Assembly: GCF_023055435.1 (NCBI RefSeq)
Contig: NW_025964001.1
Span: 12,400,001 to 12,464,000 of the forward strand
DNA length: 64,000 bases
Direction of reading: 5' to 3'
Origin: Haliotis rufescens
Lineage: Eukaryota
A model generated the notes under the pieces. It did no database searches. It had not been told where the DNA came from and saw only the letters and a program-made list of their open reading frames with translations. This document shows, one piece after another, positions 1 to 11,694 of the stretch. The position numbers were made by a program, and so were the translations under genes. Each line of letters starts with the position of its first letter. The first letter of the stretch is position 1.

Positions 1-3000
1 GGAGGCAGCACATGGAGAAAATGCTGAAGTACATCACACGCGAGTGGGTTGATTCTGGAAAGAGATATAATTAGAAATCATTTGCAAAATCTAACTTGAC
101 AACACAACCTTCTACATATGTCTAAATGTCCTAAAGATATTCTTAATCTTGGAAATGGTTTGGTAGAATGTCTATCAATACTTGCTAATAAACGTCCTAA
201 TGACATGAATTTTGTCTCAAGCAAAATTCACTGTAAAGGCACTCAATCATTCAGGTTGTTGTTTAACAATGCACTCGACAATATTCCGGCTTTTGGATAG
301 CGGTCTGTAAATAATCAAGACTATCCTCTGATTGAAATCATGAGCATCGTCTACGCAATTGGGATGCGATGACATGCATCACCCAAGTCAGCGGTCCAGT
401 CAGTCGCCTCTTACGACAAGCATAGTCGCCTTTTACGGTAACCAAGGGTTGCTGAAGACCTATTCTAACCCAGGGTTTCACGGGTGTGTGCCTTAGGAAC
501 GCCACAATGAACATCAATTTGCCGTGCCAGAGACGACTGGGCCACCTATGGGATTCCAAACCGAGTGCCCTTGGCAGGCAAATTGGAGAAAAAATAACTT
601 GGGCAAAATTGGCGTATCTTTAAAGTTTGAACATTTTTTGCATTTGCTGGTACATTACAGCTATCATGACAAATCATGAAACAGTTGTACCAGGTTCACA
701 ACTATGGTCAACCAAAGGATGGTAGAATAAAGCACTATCCATGCTTCACACTAATCTGATCCCAATGTAGACCTTTACAATGAGGAATGGGTACAACATT
801 ATCTGGAACCTATCAAAGATACAAACGACCAGCGAAAACTTCTCTGGCATCTTCATTATAATTTTCTTCTTTAACAGTACTAGGATATAATGCTGCTTGA
901 ATGACAACATGTCCTACCATTAGTGTCCCTCATTTCCTCCTCCCTTGCCCTCATGTAGGCGAAGTCATCAACAATTGATTTGGACAAATCTTCCAATCGA
1001 CGCAGCTCAACCTCAAGGGGCTTCAATTTCTCGGCTTTGGCAAGCTGAACACAATAGATGATGGGGATTCAAACAGCAGTATGAGATTCAGCAAACAATT
1101 CATTAATCATGTTACTTTCTGTAAAAGTAACTATCAGCATTATCAGTCATCATGGTCATGTTACATCTAAAAGAAACAAGACAACTTTCTTATAAAAAAA
1201 TAGTTGGTTGGTTTGTTGTTTTACGCCGCACTCAGCAATATTCCAGCTATATGATGGCAGTCTGTAAATAATCGAGTCTGGACCAGACAATCCAGTGGTT
1301 TATATCATGAGCATCGATCCACGCAATTGGGATCGATGACATGTATCAACCAAGTCAGCGAGCCTGACCACCTGGAACATCATACCATAAACTTTCCATT
1401 GAAACCAGAAGATGGAGCAATACTCACAGAGAAGATCGCTTATGTTTGTTTGTTTGTTGTTTAACGCGGCACTCAGCAATATTCCAGCTATATGCCGGCG
1501 GTCTGTAAATAATCGAGTCTGGACCCGACAATCCAGTGATTGACGCATTGGGATACGATGACAAGCTTCAACCGAGTCAGCAAGCCTGACCACCCGATCC
1601 CGTTAGTCGCCTTTTGCGACAAGCCGAGTCGCCTTTTACGGCAAGCATGGGTTGCTGAAGACCTATTCTACCCCGGACCTTCAAGGGTCTAAAAAAATAG
1701 TACTGACCAGAGCAACAAGCAACGTTACATTAACCTAAAACTCGCGACAAAATGTTTCTTGTTTTCCTCCACTCCCAGATACTGTAACAAGGTATCATGT
1801 AAATCAAACATATGTATTTTTGCAATTATATTTCTAATTTATTCACCAGGTTCACGTGATGGTTCTCAAAAGAAAAGTCATTGAAAAAAAAAGACCTTTG
1901 GTTCGAGTCAAAACCTCTCAGCCTAGCTTTCATGAGTTTTCATGAAACTAGTATCTTTTCCCACACTACAAAGACAAAATAGTTTCATGAAACTAGTATA
2001 TTTTCCTAAAAATGTTATAGACATGTGATAGAGGTTTAACAGCAATAATACTAGTGTTACTCTGTGGCAGTTGGCGCCTCATGAAAACTCACCTCTTCAT
2101 AACTCTTTGCTTCCACACCATGCTTCATGTCTAGAGAGATTTCTCTGTCTCCTCCTTGGCCGCCTGAACAACAAAGATTTCACAATGTGTAATATAGTTT
2201 ATTAGAAAGTTGACAAAAATGAAGTTAACTGAATAGTGATTAATTAGGAATGAGAAATGAAAAAAATAAGTCTTTGTATCTTTCATGTAAACATGGTAAA
2301 CAACATTTAATAAGCATAAGGTAGCAAAACTTGTAAATGACTGTTTACTATACTTTGTAACACAAACAGACAAGACTAGGAACATGAGGAAGGCCTTGAA
2401 CATGTTGAAACATCTGTCATTTCTTTTCACACCTGTTCCACTAAAAATTACAATGAATATTATATTAACTACGATAATGAACAAAAGTAATTGGGAAATA
2501 ACCGATTACAGAATTCATGATGGATTCCTTGGAATCTAAAACCAATCAATAATTGATGTTGAAGTGGAATACTCCTCTCAACCTGATTCATTTAGTTTAA
2601 TGCGCAAATCATGGCTTATGTGTAATTCAAACAACAACACTTACCTCCAACCATTTTTGTATCAAAGCACACTTCAAACATATCATACTCTTCTGTTGTA
2701 AATGCAAATCTGCCCTTCTTAGCATCTTCTTTGGAGTACAAAATATGGCTCTTTGAATCTGTCACCTGGAAGAAAAACAACATATTGGTACTCCATGGTA
2801 TTTTCATAACTCAAACATTAACATATGAACATTGGCGCATTTTGTTTTTTTTGTAAATTACAATCCATTGACATGATTTAAGATTATGATAAAAGACTTA
2901 CTTTGATACACTCCGAGTCTTACATATTTCTTACCATGCTTACATCGATACAAGAAAACAATCATTTGGACATTATTTCAGTCGAGAAACACACCTAGTT

Positions 3001-4593
3001 AACGCGATATAATTACCCAAAATCTGCACAGATTAATAATTAACAATTACCAAAAATTGTGACAAACCCTATAGTTTAACCCTAAATCCCTGAGTGCGGC
3101 TTTGTAACAACAAACAAATTCAACCAGTAATCGCCCGGAAGACAGGGTGACTGGGTTAACGGGGCCTGATCAAAGGAGGATTCATTGCATAGGAATCTAA
3201 GCAATGTAAAAACTGGCATTGAAGGTAAGGTGAAATGGGGTTAAACGTCGCGTCCCAGATTATTGCACTTATATAGCAATGTGCATGCACGTGTGTATGT
3301 GGCTGCTTGTACTAGTCCATACTAATGCTGATATTATAGTGCTAACCCACTGAGATACCATGCCGCAGTTTAACATGAATACACCACTCAGACAAAGTCA
3401 TCAGTATACTGACTACAAGCTGACCAGTCCCTGTTTGAGGCCCATGGCAATTGCCAGGCTGCGTAACAACAAGTACCATCTTTTAACGTCTTTTGTGAGG
3501 ACGCAGCAAAGGATCACTCCTTCCACTCATCAGGCAGGCGCTCTACCACTAGACCATGGCAGCGGTCTTACCAACATCCATTATTAATATTATCTAATTG
3601 GGAAGGAAACCGTACTATCACACAATCTATACCACCTGTTACCATTTGGATCAAGTTCACATGCTTTTCACTTTCATTATGTTATTGTTAATGTAGACAT
3701 GATTTTAAAGCAAAGAATTATGAGTGAAAATGTAAAATCAACATTATTTTCAGATATCTACTTTTATGTTCTGATTTTAATATGTCACGTTACAATTTAT
3801 AAGTTAAGCTGAAATTGCAGGAAATAGAACACCCTATGAATATTATTGCCATACAATCTACCATAAGCATGATAGCAAAGAGGTGTCACATTATTTGTTT
3901 AATACCATGTTTAATACCAATCTGTAATCATGTAAAAGAACATACAAACCTTAATTGAAATATATGATAAAGTACTCGTACAGGAATGTAAAACTTAGTA
4001 CACTACTTTCAATCAAAGATTCACTCGCACTTAATTATTCACTGTTGAAATTATTTGACAAATATTTGACAAATATGTGTCAAATGTGAAATCTGTTGAA
4101 TTCAAATGAATACGGCCCAGCCAATTCCAGTGATCACTAACATGATAAACGGTGAACATTCAGTATACAGTATATGTCAAAGAACCGAAGAAAAAACTGA
4201 AATCGTTTGTACACGTCATATGTAACTAAACGATAGATCGCTATGTTTGTTGCTGCTAGTTGGAAAGTAATTCTGCCATGTGACAGATGTGCACTTGTTC
4301 AGCAGATTTGTAGCATTTTCCCGTTCACTGCATCATACGGAATGCACAGATAAAATCGTACTTGTTATTTCCGTTATTATGTAAAAGTTACCGCAGTAAA
4401 GTGCAATACTTACCATAAGGTTTGCTTTCTGTCCTGGCGCGTCCGACACTTCGTAGTCACCGGTAACCAGAACATCTTTATGAATTTCCTCTCGAAGGCA
4501 CTTCTTTTGATTGGGTGATAAATGGAATCTTATGGCATCTATTGTGACTAAACATAACGTACATAAGACAATAAATATGTTAGTGAGGTCCAT
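1..4593 (-). CDS. TMED10: Transmembrane emp24 domain-containing protein 10 (p24delta/TMP21), multi-exon, 3' end outside window
   Basis: Exons 4593-4414, 2765-2645, 2163-2093, 1044-918, 54-<1 join in frame at GT-AG sites: signal peptide, then [137 protein letters not shown]. Confidence 0.96.
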
Positions 4594-5195
4594 GGTGAAG
4601 CAAACTGTCCCGTTTGGCTCTTAACAACCTTATAACAGACTGTAATTCAAGCACCTGTTTGCGTTGCACGTTTGCTAACGTGGCAATCGGTTATTTCCGT
4701 GTTACTCCGGTAACTTCCGTAGTAGTCCCGCAGTATATCAAATTCAGAATACTAACGAATTAATTTTCATATTTCTATTTATACGTGTTACTGCATGGCG
4801 TACGGGTACAATTGGATCTAACATTCATGCAAAGGTTTTGATAATATAAAAGGCTCGAGGTGAATAAGAATTTGTGAAGGTGAAGGTCGTCGTCATCGTT
4901 GTTGGCTAACGTTAGCAGGTGCGTGTAGCATGTGTTGTGGAGCTTTCATTTAATATACACGTTGGACGTAAAGCACAAGCACTTTATCCGTACATATCCA
5001 TTTTATGAAAAATATATATAACTAATATTGATTGTAAATTTAATAGTAAATTCATACTAATGTCAGTACAGGTAGATCTACTGTCACTATCTGAAAACTA
5101 AAAGTAATGGTTTAGGCCAACTGATTTAAACGTTGTGTACTCCGTCTCTTTTTCAGATACAAGGTAGTAAATATGTGTCACTGACATCACCTAAA
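4594..5195. promoter_or_regulatory. Bidirectional promoter / 5' UTR region between TMED10 and MRPL33
   Basis: Divergent start codons about 600 bp apart; ETS-like ATTTCCGT/ACTTCCGT near 4693-4720; acceptor TTTCAG at about 5156 implies a non-coding first exon for MRPL33. Confidence 0.6.
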
Positions 5196-6260
5196 ATGGG
5201 GAAAGGATCAAAGTAAGTCTGTTTTATGACCATGTACATGCTAATATATTCACAGTCTGCAACTTTAGTCTGAAGCCCATGTAAAATCACTTTGGTACAA
5301 CAGCACGTAAGTTTAGAGGGACTGTGCTCTATGCTCTGAAAGCCCCTTTTTCAGTTTAGGTCTCAAATGCAAGTAGAACCAGAGGTTTTGGCACACCTTA
5401 TTGCACTGATTGTAACTGGTTGTACAACTAGTATGATGAGCTGGCCTCAGCTGGGAGATATGCACACTAGCCTTTTCCGGTAATAACAGTTTGTTTAGTA
5501 ATGTCCCGTTGGCCGGCCTCACTGTGTACTTCCTCTCTCTCTATTGTCCAATGGACAATTGTGCAAACACAACACCCGTGTCTTGGACTGTACAGACTGT
5601 TTCCCATGTCCTTAATATGTCCTTTATTAGAATATTCCAAAATATGTTATATGTGACATAATTACATGTTTTTAAGAATCTAGTGGGTGTGCAAATATTA
5701 TTGTAGGTAAATAGTTGTTTATTCAAATATCGCTTCATGTAAATAGTTGTTTCTGTAAAGCTTTGATCTCACAGTATGTACCTGTATTGCAGGATAATCA
5801 TGGTGCTCCTGGAGAGTATGGCAGGCACAGGCCACAAGCTTATACGTACACGTCCAAAGTTGGCTGAGAAACTAGAACAAATTGGCTTTGACCCACATGG
5901 TAAGCATAGCCCACACTATGAAGCCTTTTCCTGTGTAATTGCTGTCGCCAAAAAGAACTGAAAGGTGTGGATACAGGGGGATTGAGTTTCACGGTCATGG
6001 TTCATTGCAGTACTTTGTGCCACAATACGATAATTGAATCCTGAAGTAATGTACATGTACAAAATGATGAATGCATGATTATGAAGAAAGAGAAGTTATT
6101 TCTTACAACATACATAAGTTGAATAAATTGTACAAAATATTTTCTTGATTTGTTAACATCATTAAGTAATGTGGTAAGTTGCTTCAGAGTTACATTTCTT
6201 TTCATTTCAGTTCGAAAACTTGTTCTTTATAAGGAGAAGAAGAAAATACGTTCAATATGA
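5196..6260 (+). CDS. MRPL33: Mitochondrial ribosomal protein bL33m
   Basis: Exons 5196-5212, 5793-5899, 6211-6260 give MGKGSKIIMVLLESMAGTGHKLIRTRPKLAEKLEQIGFDPHVRKLVLYKEKKKIRSI*, matching the L33 pattern (S.AGTG...DP...V...EKKKIRS); AATAAA at 6451. Confidence 0.92.
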
Positions 6261-7419
6261 GGGTGAAGTCGAGCCAGATGTCATCATGATCATGTGTGCC
6301 TGTGTTGATTTGGGAGTCCTTCGTCCTTGTTCATAGGATAGTAGTTTTGTTGCATCAAACAGCAAGAGGCAACTCATTGACTGTTCACAGAAAGGAACAA
6401 TGGAACTCTGTTGTGAAGTTTAACTACCATATATCATGTATTGTTCTCAGAATAAATATGTATTATTTCACTGCTTTACTTGTGTTTCTTTACTGCACAA
6501 TTTGCTGTTCAGAGTTGCGTCCCTTGGACATGCCAGAAACCTCTGATTGTGGGTTCGAATCCTTAGTCACCCCAATTATGTTTCTAGGTTTGTCAGCACA
6601 ATACCCATGCTCGTAGGTTTCAAAAATTGATAAACCTCTGAGACATGTATCACTTCAGTCTTTCCTCCCACATTAATCTGACATGCCAAGATATGACTGG
6701 AGTTCTGCACAAAGCAGTGTTAAGCTCCTTTACTGAAAAGAGTGAGCATGTTTTGTTTAGGCTGTTTGAATAGTATTTTGGTCATATTATGGCATGTCCA
6801 CTTTAAATAATGTGCAAGGCAATCTCATAAAAATGAGATCTTGGTGTTCGCTAGTGCTACACACAGTGGTAGAGAGCTCTAAGGTCTGATTTTAATAAGA
6901 TTGTGTAGGAGGAGAGGGCAAAGTGATGCAGGTCTTAGACATGAAACTCTTTGGTGAAACCTTTGAGCAAGAGTATGGTGCTGGCAAACCTAGGATCTTT
7001 GATAGCTAAGACACCCATGCTCACAGATGCTACGATTTGCCATTCATTTATGGTGAATCACATAATAAGTCAAAATCTGTTTTAATGTTTATGAAAGAAT
7101 GTGGATCTATCCCATAATCTCTTGTTTAAGATACTGATAATTCTAATAGAAGACATCTATATAGATTGTTTGTGTTATGGACAGGAACCGAAACTTCTCT
7201 TTAGGAAGTGACCTGGTGATTGGTGACAGGTACCTATTGGGTCTACTAGATTAGGATGTGCTGGTGACTGTGTGTGGCCTGGCTGATTGTGTGTCATGAC
7301 CCGAAAGCAGGGCTTCTTGCTCATACAATCAACCCCTTGGTAGGCCAAGGTACATTTTACAGGTGAGGTGAAATGGGGTTTAACGTGGTGTCCAAGATTA
7401 TTGCACTTATACGGTTACG

Positions 7420-7451
<32 letters not shown>

Positions 7452-10400
7452 TGCGTGCGCGCTTGTACTTGCAGTTTTATATGAATACCCCAGCCAGACA
7501 AAGTGTACTGACTCAGGCCGACCAGACCTTGTTTTTGCCCCTTAATGCTGAGTGCCAGACAGGATAATTTTGGAATGAGGCAGCTGGGATCGATCCCCGG
7601 GCGGAAGCTCTACCACCAGGCCATGAAGGCGGTCTACATTTTGTACATGACACTGGTATAGCTCTAACATTGCTGCCTGGCATAAAAATAACATTAACCA
7701 AGTGCTTGCTCAGTGATATGTTAAAATCAAAATAAATTTAGCTAACATTGACATTGTGAAAGTGAGCTTATACCATGAGTCTTGGTCTAGGAGCGGTCGG
7801 GTATCCTAGTGATTAAAGCGTTCATTCGTCACCCGGAGACCTGGGTTCGATCCCGACATGGGTACAATGTTTGAAGCCCATTAATTGTGTCCCCAACCAG
7901 GATATTGCTGGAATATTGCTAAAAGCAGCGTAAAACCATACCCACTCACTCCATCCATGGATATGTTAGCACTGAACTACTGCACGTGTCCAAACAGCTG
8001 GCCCTATCACCTGACTACTTAGGAGATGAACATTGTGTTTTCCAAAGTTCAAAGTGTCCACCACCACAGCACAATAATACAGCCTTTAAGTCTACTCTTC
8101 TTCTGGACATTTTCATTTCAAATGTTTGGAGGATGTTCATTATGTACTTCTTCACAATGAAGTGGCACTTTTTATATTTTGTAGAAATCAAAATGTCAAT
8201 CATGAAATGGGGTGTGTAAAATCAGTTAAGTATTCAATTTGAACTTCCTTATGCTTTCCTGTACAAGTATGAGTAACAGCTCACCCTCTCTTGCATAAGA
8301 AACGATATGAGTCACCTTGTAGCTTACCTGCACCTAGTTGCCATCCTTTCACAGACATTAACTGGTTCGCCTTGATGAAGACTTGAAACTCCCAGTGACC
8401 AAGGCCACGCTTTAAGCCCAATCTTTCAATAAGATATGCTTACAATAAGATTATCTGTTATTAACCCCACTATATAATCGTTGTGGGTCATATATGCTAT
8501 GATATATATAATATATATAAATAATGGATTGTCTTGAACCTGAAAATAAATGGCTTTAGAAAAATCATGAATGCTATTTCAAGTATGGTCATAATAAATA
8601 TAAAACTTTTGGGTTTTTTTATGGAACATACAATGTTTGAGTGTCATTTGTGTTTCTGTAGTATCTGCGAAGAAGTCGTTGTCATTTGATGGTGGACGAA
8701 GGAGGCATGGGTAAATGCCCTAGGTGATTGCATACCACACCATACTGTTAAAATCTTCTGCTGTTTGGGTTGATTAATTAACCTGTGGGAATTGTTGGTT
8801 TGAATAAGCACTAGGAATCTATATGCATGTAGGACGACTAAAATCGGATCATGTGTCACACTCGGTGACTTTGTTGATTGCATGTCATCGTATCCTGTCT
8901 GTGTGGGATGTTGCTCATAATATCAACCACTTGTATACTAGTCCATAATCGATAATTTACAGGCCGTCGTCATATACCTGACTATTGCTGAGGGCAGCAG
9001 TGAAAAACATTCAAACATTGATTTAATGTTTATTTTGTCTTTTACAATGCTATGTACTAATCTTACATTCCATCCATAGTACAAGTATAAACCAGAAATC
9101 AGTAAATCTTACAGGGTGTAACTAAAATGGTTCTCTGTATCAGTGGTTCAGATGGTCTTAATTTTCTGTAAGCACTCCATTCATCAGATGATAGCAGGCT
9201 GCTATGTTCGGTGAACCACGATTGGTTAAGATGCACTGTATTTACAAGGCCTGGTACAATATATACACAATGGATGATACATTTACATCTTTGGACAAAT
9301 ATTGTTTTAAAAAAGAAGAAGCTACATCGCAATAGACTTTCACTATATATAACTGTTGATATACAGAGGATATTGTATGAGTCTTCATGTCATACCATGT
9401 TCACGAGACGAGTGTCGTAAACATAGTATGGCATGAACACTCAAACAATGTTCTATTTCTTACCGCAGAAGATGATGTCACAACAAGATTTGAATGACGC
9501 CAACAATGCTGTCCGGATGACGGAAACAATACACTGTTCTCTTGTGACCGGAAGGAACATGATTTTGATAGAGGATATTTCATGTGTCGAGTGAAATATC
9601 AGGTTTCTTTCATCGAATGACGAGGGGGGGGGGGGAGGTGCTATTTTCAAGAGTGGCGTAGACACATGTAATATCCTATATATTATATATTCATATATAT
9701 TTTTTGTGTAGTTGTCTACCAGAAAATTAATTATTTCATTACAAATGTAAAACCTTGAAACGTAAATTCTCCCTACCTAACACACAGGGACCGTTTACCA
9801 CCCCTTGTATTTGCGACATAAAAAGTAGTTTCGTGTTTGCAAAACCTTAAGCCAAATAAACTAAAGTATCAAAAAATATTTAGGGTCACGAAAATTCTTC
9901 ATCATACATTTAGATATGTTTATATACAAAATCAGCTTTAACAAAAAATATTCTTGAAAACAAGGAGACCACTGTTGGAAGCGAACGAATACAGGCTGGT
10001 CCAGTAACAAAAATATCACTTTTCTCAACTTTGGAAAACTCAGTTTTTCACACTGAAGTATATAAAACATTATACAAAGTGGCTTCCATTTCTGTAACAT
10101 TTGCAATGTTAGCTTTGTTTAACCACCGTCGACAGTGGCATTTCTTATCAACTGAGTACACGTATTAACATTTTGCTCTGCTATATACAGTTTAGGAAGT
10201 TTTTGAAGGCCTGAGTCACTTGGTCAACACGTAACCCCGTATTACAATTGCCTGTGGTGCAATGGCAAGTAGTGCAGAAAATTCGATAAGCTTGTATGTG
10301 GCAACGTTTTCAGTCCCACTTCTCCAAATATAATGTACAAAGAATCAAATACGAACGAAATATCGTTAACAGCAAGAACATAACAAATGCTCCTAACCTT

Positions 10401-10641
10401 AACACAATGTGACATTTCTCACAACCACAAGCTCGTCAGCCTGATCAATAAAGGTTTGTTGTCTCCCGCCCGCCAGTACGTAGCAGTCACATTGCTTATA
10501 ACGAGTAACAAGGCTAATAAACTATCAAGCTGATATGTCACTAAATTCATTAATCATCAAATGCAGATTTATTTCTAAAGATCACCTTTAGCTAATTCAA
10601 TTACTCATTACCTATGAAAAGTCACTCTTTGTGTTGGACAC

Positions 10642-10827
10642 TCCGGAATCCTTTTAGGGCCATTTGTTTTTGTTGTTGAAATTTCAAGTTATAATCTTCA
10701 AAATTCAACTTATAATCTTAAAATTTCCGATCATTATCTTGAAATTTCAAATTAGTATGTATCTTGAAATTTCAAATTAGTATCTTGATATTTCAAGAAA
10801 TAAAAATGGCCCTAAAAGGCTTCCGTA
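10642..10827. mobile_element. IS3EU-like MITE
   Basis: TIRs (T)CCGGAATCCTTTTAGGGCCATTT / AAATGGCCCTAAAAGGCTTCCGTA, 6-bp TSD GGACAC, internal ~21-bp repeats; similar element at 21790-21925. Confidence 0.6.
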
Positions 10828-11694
10828 GGACACAGAATGTCCGATAGGAATTAAATGCTCAGTGATTATTCACACATTTCGTATGACGAGACTGCTAAAG
10901 GACATGGCCGGGTGGCCTCGCCTCTTTTATATATTGAATACCTTGTACTACTGACTATAACGTTCTTTCCTTATTAGTCCACCGTAATTATCAAACGTTA
11001 GTTATGACATAACTTGTACTGTTGAACAGGATTGTTTGCACGGTGCTATATGCATACATGGGGTCGGTGTTAGGCTCTCTGTACAAAGTGACATCAAGTC
11101 AGTAGCTTGCCGTATACACAAGTTTGCTTTATACAAACGGGAAAATCGTTATATACAACCCAGCTAGGCTAAGTTACCTTTCGTCTCTGGACCAAGGCTT
11201 ATATGGCCAAGGTCACCTGACACGGATTAGGGAGTGAGTTATGTTTAACGCCGCTTTTAACAGTATTCCAGTTATATCACGGCGTGTAAGCTAAATGTGG
11301 GAGGGAGGCCCAAAGTGATGCAGGTCTCTGACGTTTACCACTTCGATGAAACCCACAAGCAGGGGTATGGTGCTGACAAACCTCGAAACATAATCGGGTC
11401 GACCCGGGATTCGAACCCACAATCATAGGTTTCTGGCCTGACCAAGGGACGCAACTCTGCACAGCGAATTGCGGCGCCTTAGACGACTGGGCCACACCTA
11501 CTCACTCATTTAAAGGTTGACAGGACGGAAAGTGTTACTGAAGATAGGGAAGCGGTATATGGAAGGAAACCTGTCTTTAAATGAATGAATGTTTATTTAT
11601 GCTGAAGTTTCAGTAACAATTTCTGCCTTTTTCGATTTCTAGTTATAAAGAGATACATCTTAAAGACGCCAATATAGATTTTTACAACAAAATG

